Shown here piece by piece: positions 55,559 through 64,000 of a stretch of 64,000 nt of DNA. Every line of letters begins with the position of its first letter. The first letter of the stretch is position 1. Under the pieces are notes generated by a model. The model did not search any database, was not told the origin of the DNA, and worked only from the letters and a program-made list of their open reading frames with translations. The position numbers and the translations under genes are program-made. Origin of the DNA: Vicinamibacterales bacterium (lineage in GTDB: Bacteria > Acidobacteriota > Vicinamibacteria > Vicinamibacterales > UBA2999); NCBI GenBank assembly GCA_050247355.1, contig JBFWUK010000010.1, positions 4,751 to 68,750 of the forward strand, given 5' to 3'.

Positions 55559-57378
55559 TGCTGAAGCTGTTCCGGTTGATCCGGCCGCTCCGCGCCATGG
55601 TGGCCGTGGTGATGGTGCTGTCGCTGGCCCAGTCGCTGGCCAACCTCTACCTGCCGCGCCTGATGGCCGACATCGTGGACTTCGGCATCGTGCCGGGTGA
55701 CACGCCGGCGATCCTCAGGATTGGCGGCCTGATGCTGCTGGTCGCCGTCGTCGGCACCATCTCGGCGGTCGCCGGCAGCTATGCCGCCGCCAGGGTGGCC
55801 ACCGGCTTCGGCCGTATCGTCCGCGGCCGCATTTTCGAGCGGGTCGCGCATTTCTCGCTGCACCAGTTCGACCAGTTCAGCACCGCGTCGTTGATCACGC
55901 GCACCACCAACGACACCACCCAGGTGCAGCAGGTGCTGCTGATGCTGCTGACCATGGCCATCTCGGCGCCGATGATGGCGATTGGCGGCGTCACGCTGTC
56001 GCTGTCGCAAGACGCGCGGCTGGCGACCGTGCTGATTGCCGTGATCCCGGTGCTGGCCGCCGTCTTCTTCGCCATCATGTGGAAGGCGGTGCCGTTGTTC
56101 CAGCAAATGCAGGCGAAGATCGACCGGCTGAACCTGGTGCTGGACGAAGGCCTGTCGGGGGTCCGCGTGATCCGCGCGTTCGACCGCGGCGCCGACCAGA
56201 GCCGGCGCTTCGACGCCGCCAACCACGACGTGACGGCCACCGCGATCCACGTCAACCGGCTGATGGCGCTGCTGATGCCGGCGATGTTCTTCATGATGAA
56301 CCTGACCAGCCTGCTGATTCTCTGGTTCGGCGCCGCGCGCATCGAGGCCGTCGAGATGCACGTGGGCGCGATGATGGCGTCGCTGCAGTACGCCATCCAG
56401 ATCCTGTTCGCGGTGTTCATGGTGACGGCGGTGGTGGTGATGCTGCCGCGGGCGGCGGCGTCGGCCGAGCGCATCAACGCCGTGCTCGACGTGATTCCCG
56501 ACGTCGTGGACCCGGCTCAGCCCACCGCTGTGGCGTCCGGCGACGATGTGGCGTCCGGCTTCAGCCGGACCCAAGGGGAGGTCGAAACCAATGTGGCGTC
56601 CAGCACCAATGTGGCGTCCGGCTTTGGCCGGACCAAAGGTCAGGTCGAATTCCAGGACGTGACCTTCCAGTATCCCGGCGCCGAGGAACCCGCGTTGTGC
56701 GAGGTGTCGTTCACGGCGCAGGCGGGGGAGATCACCGCCATCATCGGCGGCACGGGCTCGGGCAAGTCGACGCTGGCCGGGCTGATCCCACGCTTCTACG
56801 ACGTCAACCACGGCCGGGTGCTGGTGGACGGCGTCGATGTCCGTGACATGCCGCAAGCGGAACTGCGCGGCCGCATTGGCTACGTGCCGCAGAAGACCGT
56901 GCTGTTCTCGGGCACGGTGGCCAGCAACATTCGTTTTGGAGACGATGCGGCGAGCGACGGCGAGATGCGGCACGCCGCCGCCGTGGCGCAGGCGGCGGAA
57001 TTCATCGATCAGCTGCCGCAGGGCTACGACTCGCCGGTGTCGCAAGGCGGCACCAACCTGTCTGGCGGCCAGCGGCAGCGGCTGGCCATCGCGCGGGCTC
57101 TGGTGCGGCGAACCGAGATCTACGTGTTCGACGACAGCTTCTCGGCGCTCGACTTCGCCACCGACGCCCGGCTGCGGGCGGCGCTCAGGGCGGATCTGAG
57201 CGAGGCCACCGTCTTCATCGTGTCGCAGCGCATCGGCACGGTGATGGACGCCGATCGTATTGTCGTGCTCGACGATGGGCGGGTGGCGGGCATTGGCCGG
57301 CACGCGGAGCTGATGGCGAGCTGCGAGGTGTATCGCGAGATCGCCGAGTCGCAGGCGTCGGCCGAGGAGGTGGCATGA
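55558..57378 (+). CDS. ABC exporter, fused permease/ATPase half-transporter (first of a heterodimer pair)
   Basis: Six-TM domain, then GGTGSGKST, LSGGQRQRLAIARAL and YVFDDSFSALD. The TMD-NBD linker carries an extra segment derived from the REP-like repeat. Confidence 0.9.
56528..56634 (-). repeat. REP-like element copies (two full, two partial, inverted orientation) embedded in frame in the ABC exporter coding sequence
   Basis: ATGTGGCGTCCGGCTTCAGCCGGACC (56546-56571) is the exact reverse complement of the intergenic consensus. ATGTGGCGTCCGGCTTTGGCCGGACC lies at 56609-56634. Partial copies start at about 56528 and 56591. They encode VASG...VASGFSRTQG...VASS...VASGFGRTKG. Confidence 0.85.
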
Positions 57379-59300
57379 GCGCCGAGCGCACGGCCGCGCG
57401 GCCGCCGTCGGCGGCGGCCAACATGTTCGGTCGCGGCCCGATGGGCGCCCTCGGCATGCCGGCGCAGAAGGCGCGCGACTTCAAGGGCACCCTCCGCCGC
57501 CTGCTGGGCTATCTCGCGCCCCGTCGATCGGCGTTGATCGTGGTGCTGGCGGCCGGCGCCGTCTCGACGCTGTTCAGCGTGGTCGGTCCCAAGCTGATGG
57601 GCATGGTGACGACGAAGATCTTCGAGGGCTACCTGGGGCGGACGGCCGGCCAGCCGGGGGCCGGCATCGACTTCGCCTACGTCGCCACCATCCTGTGGAC
57701 GCTGCTGGCGCTGTTCGCGATCAGCGCGGCGTTCCAGTACCTGCAGCAATACCTGATGTCGAGCGTCGCGCAGCAGACCGTCTACGCGCTGCGCCGCGAC
57801 GTCGAGGCCAAGTTCAGCCGCATGCCGCTGCGGTTCTTCGACTCGAAGACCCACGGCGAGATCCTGAGCCGCGCCGTCAACGACCTCGACAACATCAGCA
57901 GCACGCTGCAGCAGAACCTGACGCAGCTCATCACCTCGCTGCTGACCGTGATCGGCATCGTCATCATGATGCTGACCATCAGCTGGGTGCTGACCATCGT
58001 GGTGGTGATGTCGCTGCCGCTGAGCATGACGATCGTGACGGCGATTGCCCGGCGGTCGCAGGCGTTTTTCGTGCGCCAGCAGAAGGCGCTGGGCGAGCTC
58101 AACGGCCACGTCGCCGAGATGTACGCGGGCCACGCCATCGTCACCGCCTATGGCCACGAGGCGCAGTCGGTGGCGAAGTTCAACGACCTGAACGAGAAGT
58201 ACTACGAGGGCGCCTGGCGCGCGCAGTTCGCCACCGGCGTCATGTTCCCGATCATCATGTTCGTCGGCAACCTGGGGTACGTCGCCGTTGCCGTGATTGG
58301 CGGCTACCTGGTCACGCGTGGGTCGATCGCGCTGGGCGACGTGCAGGCGTTCATCCAGTACAGCCGCAACTTCTCGATGCCGATCACCCAGTTGAGCAGC
58401 ATCGCCAGCACCGTCCAGTTGACGGTGGCCTCGGCCGAGCGGGTGTTCGAGCTGCTGGACGAAGACGAGGAGCCGGCCGAGGCGGCGGCGGCCGCGCCGG
58501 CCGACCCGCGCGGCGCGGTCGAGTTCGATCGCGTCTCGTTCAGCTACCGCCCCGGCGTGCCGCTGATCGAGGACATGACCTTGTCGGTCGCCCCTGGCCA
58601 GATGGTGGCCATCGTCGGGCCGACCGGAGCGGGCAAGACGACGGTAGTCAACCTGCTGATGCGGTTTTACGACGTCGATGCCGGCGCGATCCGGGTGGAC
58701 GGCGTGGACATTCGCGAGATGAGCCGTGGCGGCCTCCGCCGGATGTTCGGCATGGTGCTGCAGGACACCTGGCTGTTCTCGGGCACCATCCGCGACAACA
58801 TCGCCTATGGCCGCGACGGCGCCGGCGGCGCCGGCGGCGCCGAAGACGGCGCCGGGGACGACGCCGGAGACGACGCCGTGGTACGGGCGGCCAAGGCGGC
58901 CCAGGCCGATCACTTCATCCGCACGCTGCCCGACAACTACGGAACGCGGATCAACGAAGAGGCGTCGAACCTGTCGCAAGGGCAGAAGCAGCTGCTGACC
59001 ATTGCCCGGGCGTTCCTGGCCGACCCGGCCATCCTGATTCTGGACGAGGCCACCAGCAGCGTCGATACCCGCACCGAGGCCCTGATTCAGCAGGCGATGA
59101 GCCGGCTGATGCGCGGCCGCACCACGTTCGTGATTGCGCACCGCCTGTCGACCATCCGCGACGCCGACGTCATCCTGATGATGGAGCGCGGCCGCATTGT
59201 CGAAAAAGGCACGCACAAGGAATTGCTGGCGGCCGGCGGTCCATACGCCGCCCTTTATGAGAGTCAGTTCGCCGGCAGGATCGGGTCCGTAGGGGCGTGA
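57375..59300 (+). CDS. ABC exporter, fused permease/ATPase half-transporter (second of the pair)
   Basis: ATGA overlap with the first gene. GPTGAGKTT, LSQGQKQLLTIARAF and LILDEATSSVD. Gly/Ala/Asp-rich insertion at about 58810-58880. Confidence 0.9.
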   Translation: MSAERTAARPPSAAANMFGRGPMGALGMPAQKARDFKGTLRRLLGYLAPRRSALIVVLAAGAVSTLFSVVGPKLMGMVTTKIFEGYLGRTAGQPGAGIDFAYVATILWTLLALFAISAAFQYLQQYLMSSVAQQTVYALRRDVEAKFSRMPLRFFDSKTHGEILSRAVNDLDNISSTLQQNLTQLITSLLTVIGIVIMMLTISWVLTIVVVMSLPLSMTIVTAIARRSQAFFVRQQKALGELNGHVAEMYAGHAIVTAYGHEAQSVAKFNDLNEKYYEGAWRAQFATGVMFPIIMFVGNLGYVAVAVIGGYLVTRGSIALGDVQAFIQYSRNFSMPITQLSSIASTVQLTVASAERVFELLDEDEEPAEAAAAAPADPRGAVEFDRVSFSYRPGVPLIEDMTLSVAPGQMVAIVGPTGAGKTTVVNLLMRFYDVDAGAIRVDGVDIREMSRGGLRRMFGMVLQDTWLFSGTIRDNIAYGRDGAGGAGGAEDGAGDDAGDDAVVRAAKAAQADHFIRTLPDNYGTRINEEASNLSQGQKQLLTIARAFLADPAILILDEATSSVDTRTEALIQQAMSRLMRGRTTFVIAHRLSTIRDADVILMMERGRIVEKGTHKELLAAGGPYAALYESQFAGRIGSVGA

Positions 59301-59415
59301 GCCACCGGGTCCGGCAAACTGTTAAGTAACTGTAAATTCACCGGCGAGATTGATCTGATCTCGTGCCAGTCCCGGACGTGGTTGGTGCTACCATTCGCAG
59401 CGCGGAGGACAGTTC

Positions 59416-60570
59416 ATGGCACTTTCACGTCGGGAGTTTGTTCGAAGAATTGGCGCGGGTGGGGCGGCGGCCGCCTCGGCGGCGCACATCATTGGCTACG
59501 GCCGGGAAGAGTTGCTGGCGTTCGGCGGTGGGGTCCAGGCGCCCGCCATGCCCCCCGGCAGCATCCGTCTCAGCAGCAACGAGAACCTGCGCGGGCCCAG
59601 CCCCAAGGTGCTCGAGGCGTTGCGGAAGCACCCGTCGAAGGAACTGGGCCTCGGCTACCCGCCGCAGAACACCAGGGCGTTCGTCGAGACGATTGCCGCC
59701 ACCTACGGTGTTAAGCCGCAGAACGTCATTGTCTCCACCGGCTCGGGCGAGATTCTGACCGCGGCGGTCCGGGCGTACGCATCGTCCAACCGGCCGCTGG
59801 TGTCGGGTGACCCGTCGTACGGTTCCCCGGCGGCGACGGCGGAGCAGATCAAGGCCCCGGTCAAGTTGATCCCGGTCGACGCGCGCCTGCGCATCGACCT
59901 GGAGGGCATGATCCGTGGATCGCTGGGCGCCGGGCTCGTCTTCCTGTGCAACCCCAACAACCCGACGGCCACCGTTCATTCGGCGGCCGACGTCGAGCGC
60001 GCGGTGCGGACGATCAAGGAGCGGTCGCCCGAGACCGGCGTGTTGATCGACGAGGCCTATATCGAGTACGCCACCGCGCCGGGGACCGGCACCATGGTGA
60101 AGCTGGCGCTGGAACTGCCGGGCGTGTTCATCACGCGGACGTTCTCGAAGGCCCACGGCCTGGCGGGTATGCGCATTGGCTACGCCATTGGCCAGCCCGA
60201 GACGATGAACAAGGTCGGGCGGGCGTGGGGGCTGGGCAGCATCAGCGAACTGCAGGCGGTGGCCGGTATTGCTGCGCTGAAAGACACCGCGCACATGGAG
60301 TGGGAACGCCAGGAGAACAAGCGCGTCCGCGACTGGACGCAGGAGCAGTTCAAGGCGATGGGCTACGACTCGCCCGACTCGCAGACCAACTTCATCTTCG
60401 TCAACATCCGCCGGCCCGCGGTGGAATTCCGCGACGGCTGCCGCGCCCTGAACGTGGCGGTGGGCCGCGACTTCCCGCCGATGGAGAAGACCTACGCGCG
60501 CATCTCGCTCGGCACGATGGACGACATGCAGAAGGCGATGGTCGTCTTCAAGAAGGTGCTCGGCGCCTGA
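59416..60570 (+). CDS. Histidinol-phosphate/aromatic aminotransferase-family (class I/II PLP) enzyme with a twin-arginine signal
   Basis: GGAGGA SD. MALSRREFVRRIGAGGAAAASAAH (SRRxFxR Tat motif plus h-region). Then IRLSSNENLRGPSP and TRTFSKAHGLAGMRIGY (PLP Lys region). Confidence 0.85.
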   Translation: MALSRREFVRRIGAGGAAAASAAHIIGYGREELLAFGGGVQAPAMPPGSIRLSSNENLRGPSPKVLEALRKHPSKELGLGYPPQNTRAFVETIAATYGVKPQNVIVSTGSGEILTAAVRAYASSNRPLVSGDPSYGSPAATAEQIKAPVKLIPVDARLRIDLEGMIRGSLGAGLVFLCNPNNPTATVHSAADVERAVRTIKERSPETGVLIDEAYIEYATAPGTGTMVKLALELPGVFITRTFSKAHGLAGMRIGYAIGQPETMNKVGRAWGLGSISELQAVAGIAALKDTAHMEWERQENKRVRDWTQEQFKAMGYDSPDSQTNFIFVNIRRPAVEFRDGCRALNVAVGRDFPPMEKTYARISLGTMDDMQKAMVVFKKVLGA

Positions 60571-60582
60571 GACCGTAGCGTG

Positions 60583-60620
60583 CGGGCGCGTCGGGCTGCT
60601 ACCATGGGCCGACGCGCCCG
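60583..60620 (+). terminator. 12-bp-stem hairpin between the aminotransferase stop and the tRNA; its 3' arm overlaps the tRNA 5' acceptor strand
   Basis: CGGGCGCGTCGG, 14-nt loop, CCGACGCGCCCG. There is no U-tract. Function as a terminator or as a tRNA-leader structure is uncertain. Confidence 0.35.
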
Positions 60621-60690
60621 TAGCTCATCTGGATAGAGCACCGACCTTCTAAGTCGGGGGTAGCTGGTTCGAGTCCAGCCGGGCGCGCCA
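60614..60690 (+). tRNA. tRNA-Arg (anticodon TCT)
   Basis: Manual cloverleaf: acceptor GCGCCCG/CGGGCGC, D arm GCTC-ATCTGGATA-GAGC, anticodon arm CCGAC-CTTCTAA-GTCGG, variable loop GGGTA, T arm GCTGG-TTCGAGT-CCAGC, discriminator G, encoded CCA. 77 nt. Confidence 0.9.
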
Positions 60691-60822
60691 TTCCTCCCCC
60701 CAACTTGAAATCCCTGCCGGCAACATAGCGCCTCGCCGACCTGAGGCTTCAACTCCACTTCAGGACCGGACGCACGTAAGCACGAAGCCCACGGTGGGTT
60801 GCTTGCCCTGGCATGCCGTCAT

Positions 60823-60832
60823 CATATATATG
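60823..60832. promoter_or_regulatory. Perfect AT-rich palindrome CATATATATG in the padR-like promoter region (candidate operator), next to -10-like TGtTTATAA
   Basis: Read directly. Lies 13-22 nt upstream of the ATG at 60845, as a local AT-rich island in GC-rich DNA. Confidence 0.35.
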
Positions 60833-60844
60833 TTTATAACAGCT

Positions 60845-61189
60845 ATGGCTACGCCACCCCTCGATCGCGAGCTCAAGAAAGGCTCCGCGGAACTGATCAT
60901 CCTGTCGATCCTGGAGACGCGGCCGCGCCATGGCTATGAGATCTGCAAGTTGATCGAGCAGCGATCGAACGGAAGCATGCGGTTTCACGTCGCCTCGCTT
61001 TACCCCCTTCTGTACCGCCTCGAGGAGCGCGGATGGCTCCAGGGGAAGTGGGTTGAGAAGGCCGGTGAACGCCGGCGCCGGTTCTACTCCCTGACCGCGG
61101 CAGGCCGCCGGGTGCTGGCCAGCCAGCGCGACACCTGGAAGGCGTTCGTCCGGGCCATGGAGCTCATCACCGGAAAAGGCCATGCCTGA
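60845..61189 (+). CDS. PadR-family transcriptional regulator
   Basis: KKGSAELIILSILETRPRHGYEICKLIEQRS...SLYPLLYRLEERGWLQGKW...RRRFYSLTAAG. Confidence 0.9.
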   Translation: MATPPLDRELKKGSAELIILSILETRPRHGYEICKLIEQRSNGSMRFHVASLYPLLYRLEERGWLQGKWVEKAGERRRRFYSLTAAGRRVLASQRDTWKAFVRAMELITGKGHA

Positions 61190-63938
61190 CCCTTCGACGA
61201 GCTCAGGGTCAGCGCGAGCGGAGTCGAGGGTTGACTGGCGCCCGGAAATCGTGTCGCGACTGGGTGGCTTGCGTCTCGATCCGGCGCGAGCGGCCGAGAT
61301 CATCGACGAGCTCTCGCAGCATCTCGACCAGCGCTATGACGAACTCCTGTCCGACGGCGCGACCGCCGACGACTCCTACCGCACAGCGGTGAGCGAACTC
61401 CTCGACGCGCAGGCGCTGGCAACCGCCATGCGACCACTGCGACAGGCACGCGTGGCGCCGCGCCAACCTCGCGATCCGCGTCTCGCCCGCCTGGCGGCCG
61501 ACCTCCGCATCTCGATTCGCACCCTCTTCAGGCAGCGCGCCTTCACCATCGCTGTCGTCCTGACGTTCGCCATCGGCATCGGCGCGGCCAGTGCCATCGC
61601 CACGATCGTCGACTCCGTGCTACTGCGACCCTTGCCGTATCCCGATGCCGAGCGCATCGTTCAGGTCGTTCACTACCGCAAGGAGGGCGCCGTGACCAGG
61701 CGCGGGAAGAGCATGGCGCGGCCCTATCTTCTGGGACTCGACCAGCGAAGCCGCTCGTTCGCCGCGTTCGGCGTGTACGACTCGTTCTCCAACATTACCC
61801 GCCGGCGCCTGACGATGAACGTCACCGGCTCGTCCGGCACAGCCGCACTCCTCGGCACCCGTATGTCGCCGGTGCTGTTCGGAATGCTCGGAGCGACGCC
61901 GCAAGCGGGAAGGCTGTTGATCCCCGGTGACGACCTGCCGGAGCGGAACCGGGTCATCATCCTGAGCGACCGCAGCTGGCGGGCGCACTACGGCGGCGAT
62001 GCCGGAGTGATCGGAACGTCGCTGACGATTGACGGCAGGCCTTACACCCTGGTCGGCATCATGTCGCCCGGCTTCGCGTTTCCTGACGCGCAGACCGACT
62101 TCTGGATCCCCTATACCTCGGCTCCGGGGCTGGCGCCGTCGGAACCCCGCTCCGACACACCGAACAGCTATTACGCCGACGGCGTGTTCGCGCGGCTCCG
62201 GGACGACGTCACCATCGAGGCGGCGAGCGCAGAGACGGATGCATTGCTCCGCACGCTCTCGCTCGAGGACGCCGCTGCGACGGGCCGCAAGCCGGAAGAT
62301 ACCGGATTTCCTCCCAGTCTCGCGCGTCGCGGCGAAGTCGTGTCGATGAAGGATGAAATGACGGCGCCGGTTCGTCCAATGCTGCGCATGCTGGCGGCCG
62401 CGGGCGCGCTGCTGCTGCTCATTGCCTGCGCCAACCTGGTCACGCTGTTTCTCGAGCGCAGCGATTCTCGCCGCACCGAGCTGGAGGTCCGCAGGGCGCT
62501 TGGCGCCACGCGTGGGCAGATCCTGCGGCAGTTCGTGGTTGATGGTGTGGTGCTGTCAGCCGCGGGCGGCGCAGCGGGCGCCGCACTGGCCTACTGGATG
62601 GTTCAGCTCGCCGTGCTCGTCGTCCCCTCGGATGTGCCACGCGCGAGTGAGATCGCGGTCACGGCGCCGGTGCTGGCGTCCGCGATCGCCGCGGCGGTGG
62701 TCCTCGGGGTTCTGCTCTCTGTCGGCTCGGCCTGGCCCGAGTCGCGCCGAAGCGCACAGCGCGACGGTGGGCGCCCGCCCCGTCGCTCGCCCATATCAAT
62801 CGTCGTCGCGGAGGTCGCGCTCGCGGTCGTCCTGTGCGTTGGGGCCGGGCTGCTCGTGCGCAGCTTCATCGGCCTGGTGAACGTCAATCCTGGCTACGAC
62901 ACTCGCGACGTCACGACCTTTCAGCTCGTGCCGCCCTTCGGTCACACCTTTGATCCGACGCGCGTTTACGAGGAGGTCCTGTCCAGGCTGCGCGCCGATC
63001 CGGCCATCCAGGCGGTTGCCGCCACCGACATCCTGCCGGTCGCCGGCGCGAGCGCCTTTCATCTCAATCTCGGTGGCCTTCCGGTGGCGCCAGGCTCCGA
63101 CCCGATGACCCTGCGCATTGTCACGCGCCAGTATTTTCAAGCAATGGGGATGCGCCTCGTCGAAGGGCGGACGTTCGCCGAAGCAAGCGCGGTTCCGTTT
63201 CCCGAACTGGTGCTTAGCGAGGAGTTCGTGCGGCGCTACTTCCCCGGCAAGAGCCCACTCGGCCAGATCCTGGACGCCGGGCCGACGCGTTATCAGGTGG
63301 TGGGGGTCGTGAACGATGCGAGGCAGAGCGGACTCAATGCCAGGCTTCGAGCCGAGTACTATGTCGACCTGGCTCGTTTCGGGCTCACAGAAGCCACGCG
63401 CCCGCACTTCGTTGTGCGGAGCGGGGCGGACACATCGTTCCTTGGACCGTTGATTCGTTCGACCGTCAGAAACATCGATTCGCGTTTGGGCGTCGATCTC
63501 AATCAACAGACCATGGCCGAATTGACCTCCGCGTCGGTGGCCACACCACGCTTCAACACCTTCGTACTGAGCGCCTTCGCGGTGGTCGCGCTGGCGCTGG
63601 CGATCGTCGGCATCTACGGCATGCTCTCCCATGCGGTGACGCGGCGGACGCAGGAGATCGGCATCAGAATGGCGGTCGGAGCGGCGCCATCCCAGGTGCT
63701 TGCGATGATCCTGCGGCACAGCCTGATGGTGACCGGAACTGGCGCGGCGGTCGGACTGCTCATGGCGGCCGGAACGACCCGCTACCTGGAGAGCATGCTG
63801 TTCGAGCTGACGCCGCTCGATCCGTGGACATTTCTCGCCGTGGCCGCGATGGCGCTCGTCGTGGCGGTGCTGGCAGCCTATCCGCCGGCCGCGCGCGCCA
63901 GTCGGGTCGACCCACTCGTCGCTCTGCGGCACCACTAG
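61182..63938 (+). CDS. ADOP-family duplicated permease (MacB-like periplasmic domains plus two FtsX-type 4-TM modules)
   Basis: 918 aa. Overlaps the padR stop. The N-terminal cytoplasmic helical region (AEIIDELSQHLDQRYDELL) and two FtsX-like C-terminal blocks (the second ending PAARASRVDPLVALRHH) are typical of acidobacterial ADOP proteins. Confidence 0.85.
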   Translation: MPDPSTSSGSARAESRVDWRPEIVSRLGGLRLDPARAAEIIDELSQHLDQRYDELLSDGATADDSYRTAVSELLDAQALATAMRPLRQARVAPRQPRDPRLARLAADLRISIRTLFRQRAFTIAVVLTFAIGIGAASAIATIVDSVLLRPLPYPDAERIVQVVHYRKEGAVTRRGKSMARPYLLGLDQRSRSFAAFGVYDSFSNITRRRLTMNVTGSSGTAALLGTRMSPVLFGMLGATPQAGRLLIPGDDLPERNRVIILSDRSWRAHYGGDAGVIGTSLTIDGRPYTLVGIMSPGFAFPDAQTDFWIPYTSAPGLAPSEPRSDTPNSYYADGVFARLRDDVTIEAASAETDALLRTLSLEDAAATGRKPEDTGFPPSLARRGEVVSMKDEMTAPVRPMLRMLAAAGALLLLIACANLVTLFLERSDSRRTELEVRRALGATRGQILRQFVVDGVVLSAAGGAAGAALAYWMVQLAVLVVPSDVPRASEIAVTAPVLASAIAAAVVLGVLLSVGSAWPESRRSAQRDGGRPPRRSPISIVVAEVALAVVLCVGAGLLVRSFIGLVNVNPGYDTRDVTTFQLVPPFGHTFDPTRVYEEVLSRLRADPAIQAVAATDILPVAGASAFHLNLGGLPVAPGSDPMTLRIVTRQYFQAMGMRLVEGRTFAEASAVPFPELVLSEEFVRRYFPGKSPLGQILDAGPTRYQVVGVVNDARQSGLNARLRAEYYVDLARFGLTEATRPHFVVRSGADTSFLGPLIRSTVRNIDSRLGVDLNQQTMAELTSASVATPRFNTFVLSAFAVVALALAIVGIYGMLSHAVTRRTQEIGIRMAVGAAPSQVLAMILRHSLMVTGTGAAVGLLMAAGTTRYLESMLFELTPLDPWTFLAVAAMALVVAVLAAYPPAARASRVDPLVALRHH

Positions 63939-64000
63939 GACGTGGCGCCACTCTTATCCTTCGCGACTTCCCGTTCCGGCGGTGTCTGGTTCCCATGCTG

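Noticed and set aside
60690-64000. A genomic island integrated at tRNA-Arg(TCT).
   Set aside because: No integrase, recombinase or phage genes follow the tRNA. No direct repeat of the tRNA 3' end is visible within the window. PadR+ADOP pairs are ordinary chromosomal cargo in Acidobacteriota-like genomes. This cannot be excluded beyond the window edge.

Overview
GC-rich bacterial chromosomal window (G+C judged by eye, not computed). The gene content suggests Acidobacteriota, as an inference only: a PadR regulator next to an ADOP-type duplicated FtsX permease, a CarboxypepD_reg/TonB-like outer-membrane barrel, and a BNR/Sortilin-type protein. I support about 60 protein genes, one tRNA-Arg(TCT), two frameshifted pseudogene candidates, three loci of one REP-like hairpin repeat, and several regulatory sites. 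I saw no rRNA, CRISPR array, transposase or integrase.

Layout:
- 1-3.5 kb: accessory block with an RHS toxin tail (frameshifted), a lipoprotein immunity candidate, and two antitoxin/PIN-toxin pairs with leaderless-type promoters.
- 3.5-23 kb: clpS-clpA, a PadR/ABC module, a BNR/Sortilin protein, a hybrid histidine kinase, a wHTH-hydrolase-pseudocyclase regulator, and a sigma54 activator.
- 23-28 kb: a small oxidoreductase/hydrolase cluster divergent from the sigma54 activator.
- 27.8-50.6 kb: a region unusually dense in thiol/redox genes.
- 51-64 kb: a TonB-like barrel, an OYE flavoenzyme, a heterodimeric ABC exporter, a Tat-signal aminotransferase, the tRNA, and PadR+ADOP.

Main hunt results:
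1. Two convergent genes (an AhpD-type peroxidase-related enzyme and a DUF3179 protein) each carry one in-frame TGA exactly where a redox-motif Cys is expected. Each has a SECIS-like hairpin 16 nt downstream. The ORF track splits both of these candidate selenoproteins in two.
2. Six TGTGA-N6-TCACA (CRP-type) palindromes all sit in promoter regions around a Crp/Fnr-family gene, defining a candidate redox regulon.
3. One of those sites fronts an overlapping-codon operon encoding a TLC/NTT-like transporter, an outer-membrane barrel, a signal-peptide protein with PI3/4-kinase-like motifs, and an FAD oxidoreductase of the type fused to SelD in other bacteria. A possible extracytoplasmic kinase module is the most novel hypothesis here.
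4. A zf-HC2 anti-sigma-like domain is fused in front of the signal sequence of a TonB-like barrel.
5. The REP-like element occurs in frame inside the linker of an ABC exporter.

All homology calls come from motif recognition by eye. No database search was run.
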